DNA of 64,000 bases, taken from the NCBI GenBank assembly GCA_004297215.1, contig SCUM01000002.1:6270-70269 (forward strand), given 5' to 3'. The notes beneath the pieces are model-generated. The model was not told where the DNA came from. It did not search any database and was given only the letters and a program-made list of their open reading frames with translations. Source of the stretch: Patescibacteria group bacterium. GTDB lineage: Bacteria > Patescibacteriota > Patescibacteriia > UBA9934 > GWF2-40-263. Numbering within the stretch: the stretch's first letter is position 1; each line of letters starts with the position of its first letter. This document shows, one piece after another, positions 1-7,620 of this stretch. The position numbers were made by a program, and so were the translations under genes.

Positions 1-74
1 GTCTGCATGATTTCCCCATGCATCTGCGACAGCTGCTCCTGCACGTCGCCGCCCTTCTCGATACGGGCCATATC

Positions 75-476
75 CTATCGCAGCCAAGGAGCGCCCGCGC
101 GCGCGGCCTCAAGCGCCTTCGTCCCGCGTTCGAGCGCGCCGGGGGCGCCGCGCAGCCCCTGTGCCATTTGGTTCAACGCCGTGGCGACGGCGAGATGGAG
201 GCCGCGCTCCTCGCCCGGCACCGTGAGCGCGAGCAGCGAAGCAAGCGCCTGCTCCACGGCCGCGAGCTTGGCGAGATCGGAAGAGGAGGTCGCATACGCG
301 CCGTCAAACCCGTCCAGGACGCCCTTCACGGAAGCGCGATAGGATTCGGACGAAACCGCGGCGGGAGCGGGGCTCGGAGGGGTCGGCCGCGGATACAACG
401 AAAAGGAGACGGTCAATCCCAAGGCAAGGGTCAGGATGGCCACCACGGCGGGAAACCAGCTCCGATGGTGAAACAT
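75..476 (-). CDS. hypothetical small secreted/membrane-anchored Ala-rich protein (133 aa)
   Basis: ORF starts 7 nt after the stop of the upstream transporter gene. N-terminal hydrophobic segment AVVAILTLALGLTV. No recognisable family. Confidence 0.4.
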   Translation of the reverse strand: MFHHRSWFPAVVAILTLALGLTVSFSLYPRPTPPSPAPAAVSSESYRASVKGVLDGFDGAYATSSSDLAKLAAVEQALASLLALTVPGEERGLHLAVATALNQMAQGLRGAPGALERGTKALEAARAGAPWLR

Positions 477-482
477 ACTCGA

Positions 483-1520
483 TCAGGCGCGTTGCGCGAA
501 CAGGTCCTCGAGCACCACGCTCGCCATGGTGGCCACGGGAATGGACAGGAGCGCGCCCACGAACCCGCCGAGCTTCATGCCGATGAGCAGCGCGACGATG
601 CTGAACACCGGATTGAGCCCGGTAGCCTTCTGCATCACCTTGGGCACCAGGATGTTGTTTTCCACCTGCTGGACGACGAGGTAGAGCGCCACCACCATGA
701 GGCCCTGCACGGGGTCATGCGCGAACCCGACGAGCGCCGCCGGCGCGAGCGAGAGTACGGGCCCCACATACGGCACCATCTCGAACAGGGCGGCGATCAG
801 GCCGAGCAGGAGCGCGTTTTCCACGCCGATCACGGACAGGCCGATGAAGATGGCCGTCCCGACGATGAGGCCGAGCAGGAGCTGTCCGCGCAGCCATGAG
901 CCGATGCGGTGCTGCATCTTGGTGAACAGCGCCGTAAGGTAGGGCTGGTATTCCACCGGGGCCAGGTCCTTGAAGTAGCGCTTGGCCACGTCCTCCTCGA
1001 TGACCATGTAGGACGCGAGGACGAGCACGAGGAACAGCGCCGCGACCCCGCCGATCACCCCGCGCAAGGTGGAGAAGATCCCCGCCACGCTCCCGGCCAC
1101 CGCCTGCTGCACCGATTCCAGGCCGGAGCGGAGGTTGTCGGTGAGACCGTAGTGGGTGGAAAGCGCCTTCAGCTCGGCAAACGAGGAGGTGAGGCCGGAA
1201 GAGGCCTCGGTGAGGTTGTTGATGAGGGTCGTCGACTGGGCGATGACCACGGGGATGAGCAGCACCGCGGCCATGGAAAGCACCCCGCCGAACACGAGGT
1301 AGATGGCGATCACGCCAAGGCCGCGCGGGACGTGATGCCTGGAGCACCAGTCCGCGAACGGCTCGATGAGGGCCGCGAGCAGGACGGCCACGCACAGGAT
1401 CGCCAGCACGTCGCGGATGAACCAGATGAATCCGAGCGCGAGCACCACGAGCACGGCCTTGACGAACGTGGAGGTTGAAACGGTGATCTGGTGCGGAGCA
1501 TCGCTCATGCGTGGAGGCAT
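483..1520 (-). CDS. AI-2E family transporter (PerM/UPF0118-like permease)
   Basis: 345 aa multi-pass membrane protein whose helix and loop pattern is typical of the AI-2E/PerM family. Confidence 0.75.
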   Translation of the reverse strand: MPPRMSDAPHQITVSTSTFVKAVLVVLALGFIWFIRDVLAILCVAVLLAALIEPFADWCSRHHVPRGLGVIAIYLVFGGVLSMAAVLLIPVVIAQSTTLINNLTEASSGLTSSFAELKALSTHYGLTDNLRSGLESVQQAVAGSVAGIFSTLRGVIGGVAALFLVLVLASYMVIEEDVAKRYFKDLAPVEYQPYLTALFTKMQHRIGSWLRGQLLLGLIVGTAIFIGLSVIGVENALLLGLIAALFEMVPYVGPVLSLAPAALVGFAHDPVQGLMVVALYLVVQQVENNILVPKVMQKATGLNPVFSIVALLIGMKLGGFVGALLSIPVATMASVVLEDLFAQRA

Positions 1521-1630
1521 AGTGAAGGCAGTATATCAAAATTTCCCAGCCTATGCAGCTGAGGATCATTGGCACAGCCATGAGCGGTTGTCTATCACCT
1601 GACTCATGGCCCTTCAACAAGCTCAGGGCA

Positions 1631-1668
1631 TTCGACTACCTCCATAGAGACAGATGGAGGTAGTCGAA
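1631..1668 (-). terminator. hairpin immediately 3' of tmRNA
   Basis: Perfect 15-bp inverted repeat ttcgactacctccat..atggaggtagtcgaa directly abutting the tmRNA CCA end. Confidence 0.45.
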
Positions 1669-2069
1669 TGGTGGAGTCGGGGGGAATCGAACCCCCGTCT
1701 GGTAAGGCCTCCCGTCCCGGGGATCCAAGCTCAGTCCCGTTGGTTGCGCGACGACGGTGAAGACGGGACGAAACCCGTCATCGCGTGCCGCAGGCCAGTG
1801 TCGGATGGGAGACGGCGGCGCCCTCCCAAACCAAGCCCGAAGATATGACACCCGCAATGCCCCCTACGGGCGCAGAGGCGGCGGATGGGTCACGGCGTAT
1901 TAGGCGGTGACCAAAGAAAGCGTCGGAACCGTGAACGCCGAAGCGATCAGGTTCTTGGCCTTCGAGAAGAGATTGGCGGTTGACTTCTCCGTGCCAGGGA
2001 TTTACGAGGCCCGGCACCGCCTCGGCTTGCTCCGTGCGAAAGGATCTCCCATCGATACCGGTCGACCCC
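1669..2069 (-). ncRNA. ssrA: tmRNA (ssrA), one-piece
   Basis: Minus-strand 5' end GGGGTCGACCGGTATCGATGGG resembles the E. coli GGGGCUGAUUCUGGAUUCGACGGG. The 3' end has a T-arm (GGGGG-TTCGATT-CCCCC) and CGACTCC-ACCA. The 7-bp acceptor stem pairs GGGGUCG with CGACUCC (one G:U). It lies directly downstream of smpB. Confidence 0.85.
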
Positions 2070-2513
2070 TCATTCCTTCATCCTCTCCCGCAGCTCGCGG
2101 TTCACCTCCCGCTTCTTGATCGCGTCGCGCTTCTCGAAACGCTTCTTGCCGCGTGCGAGGGCAAACCCGAGCTTGAGGAAGGACCCGCGAGTATAGAGCG
2201 AAATCGGCACCAACGTCAACCCGTCCGCATGCGTCTTTGCCGCGAGTCGTGCGAGCTCGCGTTTCTTGACCAGTACCTTGCGGTCGCGCCCGGGATCATG
2301 CGTCTCCTTGTCGGCGGCCGGCGCATAGGGAGAGATGAACAGGTTCTTGAGCCACAGCTCCCCACGGAACACGTGGAGGAAGGCCCCTTTGAACTGCACA
2401 TGGCCCGCGCGCACCGACTTCACTTCGGCGCCCGTGAGCTTCAACCCGCCCTCCAAAGTCTCAAGGAGGTCGTAGTCGAATCCGGCCCGTTTGTTGAAGG
2501 CGAGCGTGGGCAT
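2070..2513 (-). CDS. smpB: SsrA-binding protein SmpB
   Basis: 147 aa with the SmpB fold signature FDYDLLETLEGGLKLTGAEVKS...; its TGA stop abuts the first G of the tmRNA. Confidence 0.95.
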   Translation of the reverse strand: MPTLAFNKRAGFDYDLLETLEGGLKLTGAEVKSVRAGHVQFKGAFLHVFRGELWLKNLFISPYAPAADKETHDPGRDRKVLVKKRELARLAAKTHADGLTLVPISLYTRGSFLKLGFALARGKKRFEKRDAIKKREVNRELRERMKE

Positions 2514-2537
2514 GCGCCGGCAGCATACCGTTCCCCC

Positions 2538-2565
2538 TTGATATTTTCCATATCTAGGCTAAGAT
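2538..2565 (+). promoter_or_regulatory. candidate sigma70-type promoter for infC (TTGATA-16-TAAGAT)
   Basis: TTGATA at 2538, then a 16-nt spacer and TAAGAT at 2560, placed only about 12 nt upstream of the ATG. Confidence 0.3.
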
Positions 2566-2577
2566 TCGGTTCAACCT

Positions 2578-3129
2578 ATGCGCATCCACAGGCATCGCCA
2601 GCGAAAACCGAAGTTCGAGGTCCCGGTGTACCGGGCGAACGAAGCCATCCTGGCTCCGGAGGTTCGCGTGGTGGACGAGAACGACCGGCCCGTGGGCGTC
2701 CTCACCACCGCGGCGGCGATCGCGCTCGCCCGCTCGAAGGAGCTCGACCTCGTGGAGGTGTCCCCCAAGGCCGAGCCGCCGGTGTGCCGCATCCTGGATT
2801 ACGGGCAATTCAAATACCAAAAGGAAAAAGAGGCTCGCAAGCAGAAGGCGCAGTCGAAGGAAGTGGAGGTGAAAGGCGTACGTCTCTCCCTGCGCATCGG
2901 CGAGCATGACCTCGAGACGCGCCATCAGCAGGCCAAGTCGTTCCTCGAGGACGGCGACAAGGTGAAGATCGAGATCATCCTGCGCGGGCGCGAAAAGGGC
3001 CACCAGGAGTTTGCCCGCGAGGTGGTGAAGAAGTTCATGGAAATCCTCAAGACCGACTTTCCCATCCGCGTGGAACAGGAGATCACCTACCTGCAAGGAC
3101 GCCTCACGGCCATCGTGGGCCGCGTCTGA
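2578..3129 (+). CDS. infC: translation initiation factor IF-3
   Basis: Contains ANEAILAPEVRVVDENDRPVGV, the IF3 N-domain, and the conserved C-domain. The true start may be a non-ATG codon nearby. Confidence 0.85.
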   Translation: MRIHRHRQRKPKFEVPVYRANEAILAPEVRVVDENDRPVGVLTTAAAIALARSKELDLVEVSPKAEPPVCRILDYGQFKYQKEKEARKQKAQSKEVEVKGVRLSLRIGEHDLETRHQQAKSFLEDGDKVKIEIILRGREKGHQEFAREVVKKFMEILKTDFPIRVEQEITYLQGRLTAIVGRV

Positions 3130-3210
3130 CCGCTTGACGGATAGGGACCTTTTCCGTAGACTCCCCCCATTCGCCGTTTCGTAGCCATTCGTAGGTTCGT
3201 AACACATTTT

Positions 3211-3408
3211 ATGAAGCTCAAGACCCACAAGTCCCTGTCCAAGCGCGTCTGGCGCACCAAGACCGGCAAGGTGATGAAGCGCTTTTGCGGCCAGGGCCAT
3301 TTCAACAGCCGCGACACCGGCAAGATGACCCGCAAGAAGCGTCGCGACACGGAACTTTCCGGCGTCAACCACAAGGCGATCGACGCGCTGCTCCCGTACT
3401 CCAAGTAA
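3211..3408 (+). CDS. rpmI: 50S ribosomal protein L35
   Basis: 65 aa Lys/Arg-rich protein with MKLKTHKSLSKR... and ...LLPY, immediately after infC. Confidence 0.9.
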   Translation: MKLKTHKSLSKRVWRTKTGKVMKRFCGQGHFNSRDTGKMTRKKRRDTELSGVNHKAIDALLPYSK

Positions 3409-3411
3409 CCT

Positions 3412-3759
3412 ATGCCTCGCGTCAAACGCGGAACGCACCACGTAAAGCGCCGCCGCAACATCCTCAAGAAGACCAAGGGGATGAAGTGGGGGCGCAAGAG
3501 CAAGCTCAAGCTGGCCATCACGGCCGAGCTTAAGGCCGGCAAGTACGCCTACCGCGACCGCCGCACCAAGAAGCGCGACTTCCGCCGCCTGTGGACCGTG
3601 CGCCTGAACGCGGCCCTTCGCCCGCACGGGGTTTCCTACAGCCGCTTCATCGACGATCTCAAGAAAGCCGACGTGGAGCTCGACCGCAAGGTGCTCTCGA
3701 GCCTCGCCAAGGACCATCCGGCCGTGTTCGAAGCGATCCTGAAGACCGTCCACGCCTAA
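3412..3759 (+). CDS. rplT: 50S ribosomal protein L20
   Basis: Begins MPRVKRGTHHVKRRRNILKKTKG..., a typical L20 N-terminus, completing the infC-rpmI-rplT operon. Confidence 0.95.
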   Translation: MPRVKRGTHHVKRRRNILKKTKGMKWGRKSKLKLAITAELKAGKYAYRDRRTKKRDFRRLWTVRLNAALRPHGVSYSRFIDDLKKADVELDRKVLSSLAKDHPAVFEAILKTVHA

Positions 3760-3772
3760 GCGAACCATCCGA

Positions 3773-3803
3773 AAACGCCCTGAAACGGGCGTTTTCTTGT
3801 GGG
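3773..3803 (+). terminator. rho-independent terminator after rplT
   Basis: AACGCCC-tgaaac-GGGCGTT followed by TTCTTGT. Confidence 0.55.
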
Positions 3804-3882
3804 TAACATAGCCCCCGACGCCCTCCGGGGTCGGGGCTCCGACCTCCGCCTTTTAGAGAACGTCGGTGGCGGAGCGTCGGAG

Positions 3883-3911
3883 TTGACAAACGGCCTTTTT
3901 TGTGCCAAGAT
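3883..3911 (+). promoter_or_regulatory. candidate promoter (TTGACA-17-CAAGAT) upstream of the 822-aa ORF
   Basis: Perfect -35 hexamer with a weak -10, followed by an about 100-nt leader containing a GNRA-loop hairpin (GGCGC-GCAA-GCGCC) and a strong SD. Confidence 0.3.
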
Positions 3912-4010
3912 TTGCCGTTCGCTGGGATTCTCCCTGCGATCGCCATTTCGTGAGGCGCGCAAGCGCCGCTTCACAATCCAAAAACCCATGATGACCGAAA
4001 GGAGGTCAGG

Positions 4011-6479
4011 ATGAAGCCGAAGGAGATGAAGCCCGAGACGTCGTTTCTCATCAATCGTTCGGAACCCGGCCTCATGTTGGTCGTGGTCCACCCGAGGACC
4101 GAGACTCACGTCCTCATGAAGCTGATCGTTCATCCCGGGATGCCCCCGCTCACCATCAAGCTGAGCAAGGCCGAGCATGTGCGGGACCTGTTCAACAAGT
4201 CCTCATGGCCCGGACCGAACGTGGACTTCCGCGGTTCGCTCAGTCGGAACCTGGCCGTCGTCAAGGCGACCGCCTTGTACGAACCCACCCCGTGGGGAGA
4301 CCGGGAAATCCAAGTGGCGGGATTCGTCGTCACGCATGCGTACGATCGCCCCTTCCCTCGCCCGGAGCTCGTGATGCTCAATTGCGTCATCGAGACGATC
4401 GAGAAGGAAGACGTGACGGGCGAAATCTCGATGGAAATCGACAAGAACACCCTCTGGCGGCAAAGTCCTCCATTGGGGGAACCGCTGTCGAATCGACGCG
4501 TCGCGGCCGTCTATAGCCTGTTGCTGGAAGATCCGGGAACGGCGTTCACGGAAGTGCCACCAAGCAAGCGGAAACCTGCCGTGACCACGACACAAGAAAC
4601 GAACCCCCCTCCCGCTCAACCCCCAACCCCCAACCCCACACCCCCTGAAGGAGGTGAAGCCATGACGAAGAACGAAAGCCTGCTCATGCTGGAATTCGCC
4701 CTCACCGCTGAACGGTCCGAAAAGGACGGGATCCGATATCGGGGGGTGGAGTTCTATCTCGTCGCCATGGGAGGAGTAGTGCCCAAAGGGCTCAAGTACG
4801 TCCTCAAGCGGGATGAGAGGCCGCCGCTTGACCCGAAGCCGTTCGAAGATGAAGGCGACACGTCCGTCGGCAGGTGCTGGATTCCCGTCGCCGAGACGAA
4901 GCTCACGATCAGCTCGCCGGACGGGTCGTTCAAAGAGGAGTCGAAGACCTTCCCGGCCGAAAACCTGCAGGCCACCACCGACGTGAGCGCCGCTCCGGCG
5001 GAACTCGCGGAAATCACGGACCTCGAGGTCAACGACGACGCCGTGTTCGAAGAGATGTCCGCGGCGCAAGAGGGCATCGAGGCGATCGTCAACAGTATCA
5101 AGATCGAGCCCGAAGTGCTCGAACCCGAAACTCCCGTCGAACGAAAGGTGAGGGAGGAGACGGCCCGACTCAAGGCCCTGGGGGACTTGAGCTTGGACTC
5201 CCCGATGCCTCCACCGGCCGCGCCGGACAGCAGCCCGATCGCGGGACTGTTCGACGGCGTTTCTCCGATGGCCGATCCCCCGCACACGCCGGCGATGGGG
5301 GTAGAAGCCGTGGAATCCCTGCGGCGAGCCAGCACGGAAGGCGCTCCGACCAAGAAGCCGCGCACCTGGGCGACGAAGCCGCCTGAGGCCGGACTGCAAC
5401 CAACCACTGCCTCCGTCTCGACGGCGGCCACGATGACGGAGGAAGAAATGGCAGCGATCGAAGAAGCGAAGAAGGCGGAAGAGGCGGCGAAGGCCGAGGC
5501 CCTGGCCAACCAGAAGAAGGCCGAGGCCCTGCAGGCCGAGCTCGTGGCAGCGAAGGCCGCGGCAGAGCAGGCGGCGAAGGAGAAGACCGACCTGGCGCAG
5601 GCGGCCGAAACGGCGCAGGCTCGCATCAAGGAGCTCGCCGATGCCGCCAACGCGCAAGAGCAGGCGCTCAAGGACCATCTCGAGGATGCCCGAAAGGCGG
5701 CGCGCGAAGCCGGCAAGCGGGCGGAGAAGGAGGCGCAGAGGGCGGACTTCGAGGAGAACCAGGCGCAGGCGGCCCGCAAGGCCCAGGTCGAAGCCGAAGC
5801 CGCTCGCCATGCGGCCGAGGAAGAGGCCCGCAAGGCGAAGGAGACGACCCAGGTCGTCGGCAGGCGGGACAAGGCCCCGGCTGAGGGCGACGGCGATCCG
5901 GCGGCGGCGAAGAACGGCAACGGCGGCCGGCGCTTGACGGACAACAGGCTGTGGGCCCTCGTCACGGCCAACGACCGCCTGAAGAACGCCGCGATCGCGC
6001 TGCTGGTGCTCGCGCTCGTCATCGGTCTCGGGTACAACTGGCGCTCGGCCAAGCAGGAGGCCGAGGTCGCGCAGCAGAAGGCGGAGCAGCAAAAGCTCGC
6101 CCTCGAGAAGGAGATGGAGGAGCGCGAGAAGGCGGCGGTTCCGGTGCTTGCGCCGGAATGCGAGCCGATGCTCAACGGAGACGGGACGGCCGCGATCGGC
6201 GTCGTCATGACGAAGCCGGACGGGACCGTGGTCGTCGTCGAGCCGGACCGGGCGGAACGCGACAAGGGGAAGGCCGACTTCAAGTTCGAGATGAGGCCGC
6301 TGGTCCTCATCCCCCTCGACCGCATGACCCACAGGGGCACCGATCATGTGGATGCGGATCGGATCAAGGTCACGCACCAGACGGGCGCCGGCACGTTCGT
6401 GGGCATGAACGGCACTTCGGCCGCGAAAGCGACCGTGGCCAACGTGTCCTGCGACAACAAAGTCAGGATCGACGGATAG
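4011..6479 (+). CDS. hypothetical 822-aa protein: N-terminal globular regions, long Ala/Glu/Lys-rich TolA-like coiled coil, single TM helix, C-terminal extracytoplasmic domain
   Basis: AAGGAGG SD 6 nt before the ATG. Residues about 470-640 are AEEAAKAEALANQKKAEALQAELVAAKAAAEQAAKEK...; TM helix LWALVTANDRLKNAAIALLVLALVIGLGYNW. No known family recognised. Confidence 0.7.
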   Translation: MKPKEMKPETSFLINRSEPGLMLVVVHPRTETHVLMKLIVHPGMPPLTIKLSKAEHVRDLFNKSSWPGPNVDFRGSLSRNLAVVKATALYEPTPWGDREIQVAGFVVTHAYDRPFPRPELVMLNCVIETIEKEDVTGEISMEIDKNTLWRQSPPLGEPLSNRRVAAVYSLLLEDPGTAFTEVPPSKRKPAVTTTQETNPPPAQPPTPNPTPPEGGEAMTKNESLLMLEFALTAERSEKDGIRYRGVEFYLVAMGGVVPKGLKYVLKRDERPPLDPKPFEDEGDTSVGRCWIPVAETKLTISSPDGSFKEESKTFPAENLQATTDVSAAPAELAEITDLEVNDDAVFEEMSAAQEGIEAIVNSIKIEPEVLEPETPVERKVREETARLKALGDLSLDSPMPPPAAPDSSPIAGLFDGVSPMADPPHTPAMGVEAVESLRRASTEGAPTKKPRTWATKPPEAGLQPTTASVSTAATMTEEEMAAIEEAKKAEEAAKAEALANQKKAEALQAELVAAKAAAEQAAKEKTDLAQAAETAQARIKELADAANAQEQALKDHLEDARKAAREAGKRAEKEAQRADFEENQAQAARKAQVEAEAARHAAEEEARKAKETTQVVGRRDKAPAEGDGDPAAAKNGNGGRRLTDNRLWALVTANDRLKNAAIALLVLALVIGLGYNWRSAKQEAEVAQQKAEQQKLALEKEMEEREKAAVPVLAPECEPMLNGDGTAAIGVVMTKPDGTVVVVEPDRAERDKGKADFKFEMRPLVLIPLDRMTHRGTDHVDADRIKVTHQTGAGTFVGMNGTSAAKATVANVSCDNKVRIDG

Positions 6480-6503
6480 CGCGATACGCGCGCTACCGAC
6501 AGG

Positions 6504-6535
6504 TCGCCAGAGATCTCTCTGGCGACTTTTTTATT
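6504..6535 (+). terminator. rho-independent terminator after the 822-aa ORF
   Basis: GTCGCCAGAGA-TCT-CTCTGGCGAC followed by TTTTTTAT. Confidence 0.65.
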
Positions 6536-6569
6536 CCGCCAAGGCCCCGAGGCGCATCCTGGGTCAGGG

Positions 6570-6598
6570 TTGACGAAACCGCGTTTTCGTGCTACCTT
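6570..6598 (+). promoter_or_regulatory. candidate promoter (TTGACG-17-TACCTT) for the 243-aa ORF
   Basis: -35-like box with the same spacing as the 3883 box, followed by a leader hairpin. Confidence 0.3.
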
Positions 6599-6605
6599 AT
6601 GCGGT

Positions 6606-6631
6606 CTTACGAGGAGAGAGAAACTCGTAAG
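6606..6631 (+). promoter_or_regulatory. 5'-UTR hairpin just upstream of the SD of the 243-aa ORF
   Basis: 8-bp stem CTTACGAG/CTCGTAAG with a purine-rich loop, 3 nt before AAGGAGG. Confidence 0.3.
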
Positions 6632-6648
6632 CGCAAGGAGGTGGTTCG

Positions 6649-7380
6649 ATGGATTCCGATCCTTCCCGTGTCCGCCAGGTAGACCTCGATGCGGCCGTCG
6701 AGGAGATGGGGCAAGCCGTCACCGGGTTGAGGCGCGACCTCAACGAGGTCCTGAAACGGCTCCAGCTCGCGTGTTACGACACCGATGACCGCACCAGGCA
6801 CATGTGGCGGGACCTCACGGGGTTCGCCGCGTTCGTCGGGGAGATGGACGCGCGAAGGCGCGACGGCCACAGCGAGGTCCGCGACGCGATCGACCGGCGG
6901 CCGACGACGGAGGCGATGGAGGAGATGCTCCGCAACGAGCTGTTCGAGGTGCATCTGCGGTGCGACAAGCAGCAGCGCCAGCTCGAGACGCTGCAGACGA
7001 TGCTTGCCGACGCCATCGCGCACGCCCAGGCGGTCCGCCCTGAGATCCCGGTCGATGACGACATCATCGTCGAGACCCTGACGGCGAAGCCGAAGGAGTC
7101 GCGGGAGGACGAGCCGATCCCGCTCCCCGGCCCGACCCGACGGATCATCATGGCGACCCCGAAGCCCGTGATTCCCGCCCATGTCCCGGCCCCCGCGGCG
7201 AAGGACGCAGGGTTCGACGACGCGCGCATCGGCAGGCGGCGCATCGGACGCGTGGCGAACGCGCCGATGTGGGCCGCGATGATGTGCATCCTGTGCGCGA
7301 TGCTCGCGGCCGCGCCCGCAAGCGCCCCGCCGATCGAAGCGACCGCGCAGATGCAGGACGAGATGACGCTCCTGCCCTGA
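6649..7380 (+). CDS. hypothetical 243-aa protein: coiled-coil N-half, Pro-rich linker, C-terminal hydrophobic tail anchor
   Basis: AAGGAGG SD 7 nt before the ATG. C-terminal MWAAMMCILCAMLAAAPASA. No known family. Confidence 0.6.
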   Translation: MDSDPSRVRQVDLDAAVEEMGQAVTGLRRDLNEVLKRLQLACYDTDDRTRHMWRDLTGFAAFVGEMDARRRDGHSEVRDAIDRRPTTEAMEEMLRNELFEVHLRCDKQQRQLETLQTMLADAIAHAQAVRPEIPVDDDIIVETLTAKPKESREDEPIPLPGPTRRIIMATPKPVIPAHVPAPAAKDAGFDDARIGRRRIGRVANAPMWAAMMCILCAMLAAAPASAPPIEATAQMQDEMTLLP

Positions 7381-7411
7381 GAAGGCCCTTCATCACTGAG
7401 GCTCTTCAGAT

Positions 7412-7441
7412 GACCTCGATGACGCGTCGAGGTCTTTTTTA
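7412..7441 (+). terminator. rho-independent terminator
   Basis: GACCTCGA-tgacgcg-TCGAGGTC followed by TTTTTTA. Confidence 0.65.
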
Positions 7442-7505
7442 TCCGGAAATCCCCCCTTGCCCGTCCAGGCGACCCATGCTAAGCTCTCGGCACGAAATCC
7501 ACCGA

Positions 7506-7583
7506 GGACCGGTGGTGTAGCCCGGTTAACACGTCTCCCTGTCACGGAGAAGATCGAGGGTTCGAATCCCTTCCGGTCCGCCA
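7506..7583 (+). tRNA. tRNA-Asp (GTC), CCA-encoded
   Basis: Acceptor GGACCGG/CCGGTCC, anticodon stem TCTCC/GGAGA, loop CTGTCAC, T-loop GGTTCGAATCC. Confidence 0.9.
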
Positions 7584-7584
7584 G

Positions 7585-7617
7585 AAAAAGGCCCAGCATG
7601 CTGGGCCTTTTTCTTTT
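7585..7617. terminator. bidirectional terminator serving both tRNA-Asp (+) and pyk (-)
   Basis: AAAAA-GGCCCAGCATGCTGGGCC-TTTTTCTTTT. Confidence 0.7.
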
Positions 7618-7620
7618 GGT

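Noticed and set aside
18-899. 293-aa plus-strand ORF rich in His/Arg/Gly
   Set aside because: It is antisense to the well-supported AI-2E transporter gene, and its composition is the typical artefact of the reverse frame of high-GC coding DNA.
1636-2017. 73-aa and 79-aa ORFs inside the tmRNA region
   Set aside because: They lie within a structurally well-defined tmRNA (acceptor stem, T-arm, CCA), with no RBS and biased composition.
5641-5937. 98-aa protamine-like Arg-rich ORF
   Set aside because: Alternative frame of the GCC/GAG/AAG-rich coiled-coil region of the 822-aa gene, so a composition artefact.
4203-6377. 724-aa and 528-aa minus-strand ORFs overlapping the 822-aa gene
   Set aside because: Arg/Leu/Gly-rich or Ser/Ala-rich low-complexity translations antisense to an ORF that has a strong SD and coherent domain structure.
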